Shown: positions 25,477 through 38,629, counted from the first letter of the stretch. The stretch is 64,000 nt of DNA from Octopus bimaculoides (GCF_001194135.2 NC_068992.1:66926855-66990854), one strand, 5' to 3'. The notes: generated by a model from the letters alone, not told the origin. Translations and numbers: made by a program.

Positions 25477-26434
25477 CATATACATATACACATGTGTGTG
25501 TGTGTGTATGTGTGAATGTGATAACGAAAATGAGAAAATAAAAGCGAGAGATACGAGATCAAAGAATTATAAAATTCTTTACCTCTCACATATGTGCTTT
25601 TTTTTTGTTCTGTTTTTGCTTAGTATATACTCCAAGCTGGAAACTTTGTGGTTATCCTGGTTTATCTCTTGTATCGTCATGTTAAATGACGTCGTAGTTT
25701 AATTAGTGTGTGACTTGATAGCCGGTTTCTCAGCTGGAGTGTTTATGTGAGTTCAATGTTTAACTGCCAAAGCGTTGCTTTATCGACGCAGCCAATCGTT
25801 AATGTTGTGTGAAGAATTAATCCTGAAATCTACTTTAACCGAAACAACAGCTTTTTAAAAAGAAATTTAATTAAGAGAGTCATTTGGTGTTTTAAGTGTG
25901 GCCATTATGGCAAGGTGAACTTGTTCTCAGCCGACGGCCAACCTATTCAGTGATAAACGTTTCCTTGTTCCAGTTGACACTAGCGTTCTCTAACTGACGT
26001 CAGTATCCGCATCCGTCCGTTTTTCTGCCGCTAACAGAGCTATTTAGGCATACATACATACATACATACATACATACATACATACATACATACGTACATA
26101 CATACATATGTATGTATACTGATTCCCGCATTTGAAAACTAGGACTCCCGAACAGAGAGAGAGAATGAATGAAAGACCTCGTGTATAAGTGAGAGGGAAG
26201 CAAAACACATCGAAGTAATCAGTTGTTCCCAACTTCCGTTGAATCAGACATTGGGATTACAAAGTAGGTTACGTAAGAGAAATGAAGTTTATGCAGAATG
26301 ATTCTAATGACGAATGGGTGGATGGGAAGAATTGCACATGATCAACTGAGTCATCAGTCATCTGTGAAGATTGTCATCACGTGGAGCATCCCAGCAGAAC
26401 ATCGGCGAAACCAGGGACATGTGTACCAGGAGAG

Positions 26435-26504
26435 CATGGCTGGGCATAATCAAGTTTGCATGAAGACCTCGTGGTTCCGGTTTTGATCAATTCACTGCGT
26501 TGCA

Positions 26505-26505
<1 letters not shown>
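26435..26505 (+). mobile_element. Degraded SINE family A head
   Basis: GTGGTTCCGGTTTTGATCAATTCACTGCGTTGCAC resembles ATGGTGCCGGGTTCAGTCCCACTGCGTGGCAC of the 2058 copy. Confidence 0.4.
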
Positions 26506-26603
<98 letters not shown>

Positions 26604-27430
26604 TATATATATATATATATATATACAAATGTGTGCGTGCATAATGTGTATGCATATATACATGTTTATAAATACATATACACAGATACGAATATCAGCT
26701 AAATACTTTTACTCAAGCCTCATACCATTGCCATCGTGGAAGCAGAATTGTCCTATTTCGTTACTGAGACTGATTTTATTTACTTTAATGTGGTTTCAAT
26801 TCTGTTACTCGTGGTTAGTCGATGGTTTCCTGCTATTGTTTTATTGTTATTGCCTGTTTCAACCCACCCTTCAGACTGGAAAAATACCCCGTAACGCTAA
26901 TTACTCACCCAAAGTTACCGTTGACATCAGAAGTTATTCACTAGGAACAACTCAAAAAATTAACTATAGCTGAACCAGAAAGACATTATGGAGACAATAA
27001 AAAAAAATCACTTGTTAAGAATTACTGTTTACAATCGAAAACACCCACTCATTCAAATCCATGTTCGTTAAGTGAAAATTCCATAAACCTGGAGCGCGAC
27101 CCAGAACACAATGGTATTACAGACACATAAGTACACACACACCACACTCTCTCACTCACTCATGTATTGCAGCATTCTTGGTGAGAAAACACGTGTTACA
27201 AGAAATGTTCTTGTTAAGGAGTGTGATTAGACTACTAATTAAAACAGAAAAGAAGAAAACAAAGTCATGTGTCCTGGCTTGCAAAAGGTGCCCCTGAAGG
27301 AACATTGTCATGGACAGCATTTATCTATTGATGTATTAGGTAATTATTGATAGGAAAATTGAAGTGGTATACATACGACCTCACAAGTGAATGTGTTGCG
27401 ATTGGCAGCAAGACTCTCCCAAAAGTACAA

Positions 27431-27557
<127 letters not shown>

Positions 27558-27975
27558 TCACTCACTCAAACACACACATATTAATAGAAAGATAAATAGA
27601 TAATAGACAGACGTACATATTTATCTGCATAAATCCTACACTGATCGTAATCAAAAGGCTTATCCTTCTGGATAATACCAAATTACATTAATTTAATATA
27701 TAATTCCATTTGGTATATGAAGAGAACAACAAGAACAATAAATGAATTACCGAACAAATTACTGAGATCGATATAGTCAATACAATCAATGTACATGGCT
27801 GAACACCCTTGAAAGAGCCTGCCCTTAGACGGGAAAGAAACACTGCGAAGTAACAAATCTCCATTATTGTGCTGTCCATAGTTCGATTTCATGCAGCAGC
27901 GACCTGTGCCTCTACACGTTGATTATTTGTATTGGAGTGAGAATTAGGTAACTTTGTGGTTAATTATCTTTACAC

Positions 27976-28022
<47 letters not shown>

Positions 28023-28325
28023 GCGAAAGTCAGTTGTCATAAATCGCTTCGATAATTACTTTGCCGATAATTCCTTATTCTTCTTCTTCGTAATTCTTGG
28101 ATTAATTATTGCGCATATATTGAGTATAGCTGAACTCCAAGCCCTTGTAAATTTTGGATTCAAAGTATTTAACGAAGCGTGTGATTATATAAGATTTTGT
28201 GACAATGTACAATATAAACTTACCAATTCATAAATATGGTCATTCCCATAAAATGTATTATTCTGTACAATTCATTTAACAGCATTTCACAAATGAATTC
28301 TGCTATGAAATTTCAAATCTTGATA

Positions 28326-28381
<56 letters not shown>

Positions 28382-28889
28382 TTAACAACAACAACAACAA
28401 TAATAACGATAATAATATTTATAAAACTAGCATTAATATTATTAATAATATCTATAATTCTACCCTGTAAAGATTGCAATTTNNNNNNNNNNNNNNNNNN
28501 NNNNNNNNNNNNNNNNNNNNNNNNNNNNNNNNNNNNNNNNNNNNNNNNNNNNNNNNNNNNNNNNNNNNNNNNNNNNNNNNNNNNNNNNNNNNNNNNNNNN
28601 NNNNNNNNNNNNNNNNNNNNNNNNNNNNNNNNNNNNNNNNNNNNNNNNNNNNNNNNNNNNNNNNNNNNNNNNNNNNNNNNNNNNNNNNNNNNNNNNNNNN
28701 NNNNNNNNNNNNNNNNNNNNNNNNNNNNNNNNNNNNNNNNNNNNNNNNNNNNNNNNNNNNNNNNNNNNNNNNNNNNNNNNNNNNNNNNNNNNNNNNNNNN
28801 NNNNNNNNNNNNNNNNNNNNNNNNNNNNNNNNNNNNNNNNNNNNNNNNNNNNNNNNNNNNNNNNNNNNNNNNNNNNNNNNNNNNNNNNN

Positions 28890-28925
<36 letters not shown>

Positions 28926-28973
28926 CAAGCACACACACACACACATATGTCCATAAGCACGCATATACGCATC

Positions 28974-29075
28974 TAATTTAGTCAGCTGAAACCAATGCTG
29001 GCGGCTACTAGCGGCTTCTCTTTCATCTCAGAAATTTTCAGTAGTCGCCAACTTTGGTTTCAGTCGACCAAATTA
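28974..29075. other. 102-nt hairpin with 36-nt arms (pri-miRNA-like or TA-flanked mini-MITE)
   Basis: CTGAAACCAA 28986-28995 pairs with TTGGTTTCAG 29054-29063. TGGCGGCTACT 28999-29009 pairs with AGTAGTCGCCA 29040-29050. The lower stem TAATTT/AAATTA extends to 28974/29075. The loop is 30 nt. Confidence 0.7.
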
Positions 29076-30334
29076 AATTTATGCTCTACTTTATGATATT
29101 TGGTACTGTTATATTCGTTCGTCACTAGTATTATTGTACGTATACCAACATATAAACACATACATACAGTCAGACATGCATACATACATAAATACAAACA
29201 TACATACATACATACACACATGCCTGTACGCACACATATACACATGAAAAATAACCCTACTATGATGTTATTAAAGCTGAATTTTGTTCATATTGTCGAA
29301 ATAGTAATATTAAACAACACAATACATTCATTGATTTGTATGAAAACAAGTGATAAATAGACAACATGGGAATTTTGATGGCTTCGCGTTTTAAATTGTG
29401 CAATTAATACTCTACTATCATTACATTATTGAAAATTAAAATTCACGAAAACACAATTTTAATAAGGCAGGAGTGTGATCCACAATAAATGGTTTCAATT
29501 CATATCCGTTGCTATAAAGTAATTGGTCATCTGAGGCTTAATGCTTGAAATAAAAGGTCAAACACTTGATAACAAGGGTTCGTAAAATATTTCTTCCATT
29601 CTTTTATTCTATAAAATATGCAGTTGAAATCACTGCAGAACGAAATAGTCTAAAATGGTGAATTCCAGAAAGGTATGTATATAGGCATATGGTTTGTGTG
29701 TGTGTGTATGTATGCATTCATGCATGTATGTATATGTATATGTATGCATGTATGTATGTATGTATATATGTCAATTTGTATGTATGTTTGTATGTATGAG
29801 AGACACACACATATATTATACTACCCGTAAAAGCATGTGCTCAAATCCCTTTTCTCGTATGGTATGAGCCGCAGAGAAGTAATTTTTAAAGCAAGTCATT
29901 TTCGGCTGCTGTAAACTTTAATAGATTCAGTAGATTAATTAAACTGAACCGATTAGAGCAAGATTCCTGACTAATGCCAAGTTTAAAGATTCTTCTAAGT
30001 TGAATAGGTCTAATTTAATACGTCATTTCAATAATATTAATATAATGCAAGCAATTAAATGACAGAGCTCTTTTGAAGGAGTTGGCATGAGATGTAATTC
30101 CTGTATAGACCAAAGTCTTGATAGATATCGATGAGGTCAATACAAGGAAATGACTTCGACTAAAGAGATCGATTCAGTTTGAACTTTCTTCTCCTGTCAC
30201 CAACGGCATCAATTACGGTACTTTTTTCTTTCTACAGATAAAAAGATTTAAATAACTTTCTTCAGAAATTTAACAGACATTGGTAAATTTCCTGATAATC
30301 AGAATTAATTAGACGCGCCGTTATTGTCGTCGTC

Positions 30335-30570
30335 GTCGTCGTTGTTGTTGTTCATGTTGTCTAATCGCAGGCCATGCCTAATCGCAGGCCATGCCTAATC
30401 GAGCAGACCAATGATCAAATGCTCTCCAAATGTGAGCGTAATTTATTAAGATATAATATACATAAGGTTATATAATCGAATATGTATACCGTTTCATGTT
30501 TTTAGAGAGAAATGGTAAGTTGGAGGAGATGTGGTTGTTATTTCTAGCAGCTCGAATAACCACGCAGTGA
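30335..30570 (-). mobile_element. SINE-like family C with (CAA)n tail and a 17-bp internal tandem duplication
   Basis: The reverse complement gives GAGCTGCTAGAAATAACAACCACATCTCC...TTTGATCATTGGTCTGCTCGATTAGG...ACAACAACAAC. CTAATCGCAGGCCATGC is repeated at 30361-30394. Confidence 0.6.
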
Positions 30571-31347
30571 CGTTATTGGTGCTTACCATTACGTTCTATA
30601 ATGGAGAGGCAAAATGCGTACTTTTGAAGTTGATTCAGCAAACGTAAGATATGTGTATTCTGCATTGGAGTAAATAAATTGTAGCTATGAATAACATATA
30701 CACTCGTATAGAGAATATACATCCAGCTGTATTAAAGTAGAACATAGATGAGAAAGAAAACTATTAAAGCATAAAATATTTGAGGAAACCAAAGTGAATG
30801 GTAAATAGATAAATGCAAAGAAAGAGAGAGAGAAAGAAAGAGAGAAGGAGAGAGGGAGAGAGAGAAATGAAAAAGAGAGAGAAAGAGAAATCAATTCATA
30901 CATCTACATCAAAAGCATAATATTAGGAATAAGGAAAAACCCAAAATTTAGGGGTTTACAAATACGTCTCTTCCTTTTCTCTTACTTGCTTATCTTCTTT
31001 CTCTTTCTTTCCTTTTTCTATCGAAACTGTGCCGGTGCTTTACTCATCATCTATTTATACATTTTTTATAATTTCTCCATCATATATATATATATATATC
31101 TTTCGGTGTGAATGTTTTTTTATATACGGCGCCGTTTTTACAATCCTGTCAATAATAATAATAATGGTATTTTTGTATAAGCTTAAAGCTCATGGCGATC
31201 ACCGTGCAATGGCTAAGGAAAATAATCTAATAAAGGGGTATATAAGCCCTCGACAGAAACAAGAAGGCTTTCCTATCCGCGTGTTAGTCGAAACCACATC
31301 CCTTTGTTATATATATACACATATATGTATGTACGTATGTATCTATG

Positions 31348-31566
31348 CAAGGGATTGCTGTAAAGGTCCTGGCTTTGGGTAGAAGAAAATATGAAAGGAT
31401 CAGATAATTATTGCTTTGTTCAACAAATTTCCCCTCTCAGATTCACACACTTATTACAACGGACCTTCAGCTTTTCTAAGCCCTGCACAAATACTCTGGA
31501 AAGTTGGGCCGCCAACCAGGCCTTTCGCAATACTCCTAAAGCCAGGAACTTTTCAACACTCCCTCG
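31348..31566 (-). mobile_element. Mariner-derived MITE (219 bp) with transposase C-terminal remnant
   Basis: 29-bp terminal inverted repeats, 24/29 identical (CAAGGGATTGCTGTAAAGGTCCTGGCTTT vs CGAGGGAGTGTTGAAAAGTTCCTGGCTTT). Minus-strand 31420-31485 translates QGLEKLKVRCNKCVNLRGE, matching the mariner C-terminal GIxKLxxRWxKCVxxxGxY motif. Both flanks are TG, a decayed TA target site duplication (TSD). Confidence 0.85.
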
Positions 31567-33188
31567 TGTGTATATATATATATATATATANNNNNNNNNN
31601 NNNNNNNNNNNNNNNNNNNNNNNNNNNNNNNNNNNNNNNNNNNNNNNNNNNNNTATATATATGTATGTATGTATATATATGCATATATACAGCTACATAT
31701 ATATGTACCACACATGTGTGTGTGTATGTACATACACACACATTTATATATATATATATATATATATATACATCTCTTTAGATATACATGTGCATATATT
31801 GACATACATAAAACCTGTAATTTGAATATAAATGCATGCCCAGTTGCCTTCAGATATAAACGCTCGCCCCCCCCCTACACACACACACACACATACACAC
31901 ACTTATTCAGCAGGATTTCTGTGTGTACTCAAAGACATGTTTGAATTAATAATTCGTTTATTAAAATGGCTGAAGCAGTTGATCCTGCAATCTAAATATC
32001 ATTGTTACCTTGCGGCAAAGACGATTCATTAAACTTATTCAATGCTGCAACAAACATAGAAACATAGTCTTAGGTTGTCTTTGGAGTTGGTTTCTTGTGT
32101 TAAGTTGATGCTTACATGACCCTGACCTCGAGTCATATCTGTCTTCAACTAGAAATATAAACGAGTTAACAAAAACCAGTAGACAATTGCTTTATCAGTT
32201 CAGCAGTAATAACAACCAAATCGTTATGGTATGATACTCTGCATTCTTAAAAATGGACGGATACTTTAAATGACGTAGCCATAGTTACCAGAGCCGAAAA
32301 AACATGGTATTGTAACGTTAAAAGTGATTGTATTCTAATAATGTTGACTGGGGTTATATAACCACATGACAAAGAATGGAAATTAATGAGAATTAAATCA
32401 GTTACTGCTTTTTATTTTGTCGTTTTAAATGGTTGAATTCTGTGTAAGATTCAGTTATTATTTAAGCCGCCTACAAAATATAGGCTGCAAATGTAATCTA
32501 AAAACGGCTCCTCATTTGAATTCCACGAAAACACAAATAACAGATTACAATCATCAAACAATATGAGACAGTCATGTACATAATTTAGACAAAATGATTG
32601 TTGAAGTTTATAAGCACAAAATATTATAAATGAAAAGACCAACTAAGGCCAACTGAATCACGCCAACGTCAAACAAAGACGAAATTGGAGCGGAACAGCA
32701 AGAAATTTACGGATTTATGAAGAAAATGAATTATAAGAATTTCGCCGTAGAAGAGTCACGACAGGCATTTATAATATTTCTTCACAAAGATTTCTTTCAT
32801 TCAAAGATTTCTTTTCCTTGTATTCCGTTTCATTGTGTAACATATACATCATATGATATATAATTATACAAACCTATGTAAAAATGTGAATAAAATTACG
32901 TGTTTGAAATGAATATCATGTCTCTTCGATGATATCATTGTTTCAGTTCCAATACAAGATGTCAGATGAAGTGACTTATCAAACTAATACAATTTTGAAA
33001 TAAACGATATAATTACAGAAACTACAACAACACATCATTTGTGTCATAGAGATCAAATGCTGTTTGTCTGCCTCAGGCTAACACACCAGAACCATCAGAC
33101 CTACAAAAAAACCTACTGGAAATTAGGTCCAGACAACCTTCCTGCAATACGGACACCATTACGTAGCGGAGAGACTAATATAATAGAT

Positions 33189-33412
33189 CAGCTGGCAGAA
33201 TCGTTAGCACACCAGGCGAAATGCTTAGCGGTAATTCGTCTGCCGCTACGTTCTGAGTTCAAATTCCGCCGTGGTCGACTTTGCCTTTCATCCTTTCAGG
33301 GTCGATTAAATAAGTACCAGTTATGCACTGGAGTCAATCTAATCGACTTAATCCCTTAATCTGTCCTTGTTTGTCCCCTCTATGTTTAACCCCTTGTAGG
33401 TAATAAAGAAAT
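33189..33412 (+). mobile_element. SINE family B, tail B2, nearly full length
   Basis: GCTGGCAGAATCGTTAGCAC...GAGTTCAAATTCCGCC...TTGCCTTTCATCCTTTCAGGGTCGATTAAATAAGTACCAG...CTGTCCTTGTTTGTCCCCTCTATG...AATAAAGAAAT. Confidence 0.9.
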
Positions 33413-33579
33413 AAATATAATAAATCAGCTGAAGCTTGATTAACTTTGGAACTCTGGGTCTGTGGATCGAATGAGATCGGCACTGCAACATCAGATTTTC
33501 TTTTAGGAAAACATTGTTTTAGCGATTATACAACACACATATACGCTTAGGATCGCGCGCGCGCACACGCACGCACACA

Positions 33580-33627
<48 letters not shown>

Positions 33628-35277
33628 CTCTCTCTCTCTTTCTCATACACGCACATACTCATATATACGGCTGGTAACAAAAGCTTGTGTCCGATCAGTG
33701 ATCGTACCCAGGGTGTACAGAAAAAAAATCACATAGGTATAACGAACTTATAACACAGTGATTTAAACAATTGTGTGACTATTACCGAGTGTTTTGTTAG
33801 AAGTGGCGAATACAACCGACTCTGTATCACATAAGAACAATCCATTTACACCAAATGTTATATTTTTTAGTCCAAAAGCACATCCAAAGCCCTCTTTCAC
33901 GTGGACAGCTTTTTCGATAGTCTTCTGCTTTACTAAAAATAAGTAAATTCCATGAAAGAAGGTAGGCTTAAAAGTGGTTCCTGATAGGGGACAAGTATGT
34001 GGCATCGGGGGATATAGAAGTAGATGTAGAAATGGATTCTCTAAAGTAATTCACTTCTTGTCATATTGTTTTGATATCGTAAGGATATCTTATACCAAAT
34101 CATAAGAGTACATGATGGGTGGGGGTGGGGGTGGAGGGGAAGAACTATTAGAAATAAAATTTGAAGTTTAATCAGTATTAGCTAATCCGTTACCATTGGC
34201 CTGTAGTAATATGTTGCTGTACAACGATATTTCGTAAACCAAACATGAAGGGTGTAGAATAAAAACAAACTGAAGAAAAGAGATCCGGTTATATAATTGT
34301 TTGAAAAGAAGAAAACATCGAAGATCGTCCAATCACACGCATGAAATTAGTTTAGATTGTTAAAAAGAATATTAATGACCAACATACATAATTTACACTC
34401 AATTTCATGAACTCTAAACAACTAATATCATAATAATTAATTCCAAATATTTCTTTAGCGACTATGGAATCAACGACAACAATGAAGTAGACATCCTATA
34501 ATTATTCTAGCTGTTAGAGTCTTAAACCCAATCGACTTCAACATTTATAATTACAAAAGAATGTTTTGATATCAGTCGTAGAAGTGTGGATGAGGGAAGA
34601 CACGTAATTGGAAATGTTTTTTTCGGAGTAAACACAAAGAAATAATTTTTACACGAATACAAGAAAAAAAGAAGAAAACCCATTCACACGCAACGCAAAT
34701 CACGTTACACAACACAGGTAACTTCACGACATTTTAAAATGAAATGGAAGACAGCAATGGGAAATTTATCGACAAAAAGAATTCTATTACAAGTTATGAA
34801 GTAAATTAATATTTTCAGAAAAACACGTCTCAAAATAAAAACTAAAGCTAATAATTGTTAAATATGACCTGTGTTTTATAGTTGTTAAAGCAGCAAAAAT
34901 GTGTACCATATTTGATATTTGTGTTGACATACAATATTATATAAGAGTTGTTAGATCGTGTGGAATCAAAATATAAATACGCTGTTTAATGTCCCCCAAC
35001 TCCAAACTGGATTACTCCAATGGAATTTTTTTTATAAGATGTAAGTAAAAAGAATAGGAGACTGCTCTGATATAACTGACATGCGCACTCTATACTATAA
35101 TTGATTAAAAACAAATTTACTGATATTGTAATCAAGGGCTACCTTTGAAACATGGGTCTCTGGAATCAGAGTTCATCTGGAATTACAGAATAACAGCAAC
35201 AAGTATAATCATGGATGGTAAATAAAAGAAGGAGTTATTTAATGGCCGTAAGCTTTGCTTCTAACTTGCCAGATCGC

Positions 35278-35472
35278 CCCCTTGTGGGAAAGAAGGAAAT
35301 CAATTTCACCGATTCAACTGCTCAGTTAATATTTATTTTGTCGATCGCGAAAAGATAGATGGCAAAACGGATGCCGGCAGAACTCGAACTCAAAATGTCA
35401 AGACGAGAAATGCTGCTATGTTTTCCTCTGATCTCTCACGCAGTGAGCATTTCACCACCTCGCCGCCGCCTT
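35278..35472 (-). mobile_element. Old, degraded SINE family B copy
   Basis: The reverse complement starts AAGGCGGCGGCGAGG like the head at 43496. GAACTCGAACTCAAAATG and TCGATCGCGAAAAGAT are degraded B motifs. (TAA)n follows. Confidence 0.55.
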
Positions 35473-35507
35473 CATAATAATAATAATTAAAAAAATAATA
35501 ATAATAA

Positions 35508-35689
35508 TTTCAAATTTTGGCACAAGGCCAGCATTTTCGGCGGGGTGGGGGGAAGGTAAGTCAACTGGCACTTATTTGATCGACCCCAAAAGGATGAAAG
35601 GCAAAGTCGACCGCGGTGGAAGATGCGCTATAAAGACGGACGAAATGCCCCTAAGCACCTTGTCCGGCGTGCTAACGCTTCTGACAGCT
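35508..35689 (-). mobile_element. SINE family B (B1-like tail), flanked by (TAA)n
   Basis: CTTATTTGATCGACCCCAAAAGGATGAAAGGCAAAGTCGACCGCGG...CGTGCTAACGCTTCTGACAGCT, with tail GGCCTTGTGCC. TAA repeats lie on both sides. Confidence 0.8.
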
Positions 35690-35711
35690 AATAATAATAA
35701 TAATAATAATC

Positions 35712-35960
35712 AAGTCAACGGAGCATTGGGTCGATACTGCCCAATCTGAAAAAAGAAAAACAATCTGAAAACTTTAGAAATACCCTAAAATCTAGGTGTA
35801 TTGCAAAAGTTGGCATTATTTGGAACTGCATGCATAATGCATAATGCATAAAGTACTGACTGTCTGAGGTCCTTGTTGTGACTTGACAAACAGTACAAAC
35901 TCCCCGTAGATACAATGTCTTCAATCAACAACCTCATGATATTGGATACTGTGCGACGTC

Positions 35961-35962
<2 letters not shown>
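35712..35962 (+). mobile_element. 5'-truncated Dong/R4-clade (RLE) LINE: C-terminal codons plus 3' UTR, inserted in (TAA)n
   Basis: One frame from 35714 reads VNGALG...LKTLEIP*NLGVLQKLALFGTACIM, matching the R4/Dong C-terminus (GALG...LQKxALLGTAxILRKVL). The 3' UTR ends at (TAA)n 35963-36020, and (TAA)n also lies upstream at 35689-35710. Confidence 0.8.
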
Positions 35963-36025
<63 letters not shown>

Positions 36026-36102
36026 CAAGAACAACAACAAAAACAATGACAACAACAACAAAATAAACAGAATAAGAACAAAAACAATAAATATATAAAA
36101 AT

Positions 36103-36320
36103 TTGTCACCGTCTATGTTGCTATTCTGAACCATTGAATAGCATATCTTGTGATATAAATAATTACTAAATCGTATTATATTTCATATTTATTTGTCTTT
36201 AATCCTCTCTAAGTCGACCAATTATATTATAAAATACAAATTAGCGTTCTGGTAAATATTTAGAGAATGGTGAGCAATTCGATATTTCATTGCAGCTTAG
36301 AGACACTAAACGTAAGTGTA
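36103..36320 (+). repeat. Local direct repeat, copy 1 (218 bp)
   Basis: Matches 38029-38246 (offset 1926) with 3 mismatches by eye. Confidence 0.92.
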
Positions 36321-36361
<41 letters not shown>

Positions 36362-37589
36362 ACGTATATCTGCATGTATGCTTAAAATGTGTATATATAT
36401 CCATACATAAGCATATATACGTATATATGTATATATGCATATGCATATACATATGTTTATATATATGAGTGAACCAGTGGATATATTTCTTGAAACAATA
36501 TCCCGCGTACTTAGCCGTATTGACGCACACATATATAGACTTCTACGTTTATATATATTTGTACACACAAGTTGAGATTTAAAACGTAAAAGGCCACAAA
36601 ATATTCTCGATCAATTTAAATATCTATTTTCCATTTGGAAAAGAAATCAAAACCTTCGCGCTAATTATTTGCGACTGTCAAGAAGAAAGGGGGAGATAAT
36701 ATCAACGAAATTGAATAACTCTTTGTCAATTATTTTCTGAGTTTCGTGGAAAATCTGATAATTGTTTGGGTGCAAGACATAATTATTGATATAGAAGCAT
36801 TTGAACAATCACAATCTGAGAAATTATTAGACCATAAATTAATCAGTCGAGAAGAGTGAAGTCTTAATTTTCGAAAATATAGTAAACAAAAATTATCTCT
36901 GTTTAAATATGCACATTATACAGTCTAAAGTTATTCGTAATTCTTTTTTGTTAATTTCAAAACATCCCAGCTTATGAATACAGGTCTGTATAGACTCTAC
37001 TTTGCTGGAGATGTGCAATTGTAAAGAAACATATCTCTAATTACCCCCCTTGTCTATAAAGAACGATAAGGCTTTCTTCTATTTTCAGTTCTCTTCTCTT
37101 TTTTGAAATTATCTCGCCTAAGGTCTTTTAATCTTCAACAATTGCGGATAGGTCCCTAGCTTCACTCTACAATTCAAGGTGAGTTTTCAAATAGATATTA
37201 TTATACACAGCTAATGAGTTGATATTGTTTATAGAGAAAAGGAAATGGGTATTGTGGTAGAGAAACGTCATCACTCTCTTCCTCCCCCTCTCTCTCTCCC
37301 CTATTACCCTCTCCTCTCTCTCTCTCACACACACACAATTGTGCGCTTGCATATAAGTATAGTCATAGGAATGGTTTGTGTGAAGTTTTTGGTTGGGTTT
37401 ATTTTAGCAGAGTTTAGAATCCGGTTGATGTTAGTGCTTTGAGTGATATTGCGCTGGCAGACATTATGGAAGTCCGTCCATTGTCATGATAATTTTCAGT
37501 ATGCTATTTCATATGCATTTCGCTTGGCGATTACATTAAAATGTCAGGTGACTGTGGTTGACCTAGCCATTTACACCATAATTCAATGA

Positions 37590-37720
37590 GTTGGTGGTCA
37601 ACTTGAACTAGAAAACCAGTCAATCAAAACGACGGAGATCCCTTTAGTGAATAAATGAAATTGAACCAGTCTGCCCAGTGATGACTGGCCTGGTGTTAAA
37701 CAACAGCAACAAAGACGACG
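37590..37720 (+). mobile_element. Degraded SINE-like family C copy
   Basis: GGTGGTCAACTTGAACTAGAAAACCAGTCAATC and the 3' end CCAGTCTGCCCAGTGATGACTGGCCTGGTGTTAAACAACAGCAAC resemble other family C copies. Confidence 0.4.
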
Positions 37721-37896
37721 ATGACATTAGTGCAAACAACAACAGTAGCAACAGCAACCACCACAATAACCCCACGTGACCATTGTTTGTGTTAACATCG
37801 AGTTAGAAACAATAAAAAAATGATTGAAATCACGCGAAACAAAACAATCTTAAAAACAACCAACATAAAGTAGGCAAACCAACATTAATAACTAAA

Positions 37897-37938
<42 letters not shown>

Positions 37939-38028
37939 AATAAAAACAACAACAACAAGATTACGGAAAAAACAGAATAACAACATCAATAGTAAATTAC
38001 TAAATATATGTATGAAATATGTAAAAAG

Positions 38029-38246
38029 TTGTCACCGTCTATGTTGCTATTCTGAACCATTGAATAGCATATCTTGTGATATAAATAATTACTAAATCGT
38101 ATTATATTTCATATTTGTTTATCTTTAATCCTCTCTAAGTCGACCAATTATATTATAAAATACAAATTAGCTTTCTGGTAAATATTTAGAGAATGGTGAG
38201 CAATTCGATATTTCATTGCAGCTTAGAGACACTAAACGTAAGTGTA
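38029..38246 (+). repeat. Local direct repeat, copy 2 (218 bp)
   Basis: See copy 1. It ends 4 nt before an N-gap. Confidence 0.92.
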
Positions 38247-38520
38247 TACANNNNNNNNNNNNNNNNNNNNNNNNNNNNNNNNNNNNNNNNNNNNNNNNNN
38301 NNNNNNNNNNNNNNNNNNNNNNNNNNNNNNNNNNNNNNNNNNNNNNNNNNNNNNNNNNNNNNNNNNNNNNNNNNNNNNNNNNNNNNNNNNNNNNNNNNNN
38401 NNNNNNNNNNNNNNNNNNNNNNNNNNNNNNNNNNNNNNNNNNNNNNNNNNNNNNNNNNNNNNNNNNNNNNNNNNNNNNNNNNNNNNNNNNNNNNNNNNNN
38501 NNNNNNNNNNNNNNNNNNNN

Positions 38521-38564
<44 letters not shown>

Positions 38565-38586
38565 CACACAAACACTCACACGCGCG

Positions 38587-38629
<43 letters not shown>

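Noticed and set aside
31255-31305. Second hammerhead-like motif (AAGAA-GGCT...AGTC-GAAAC)
   Set aside because: The CUGA part of the core is absent and stem I/III register is unconvincing.
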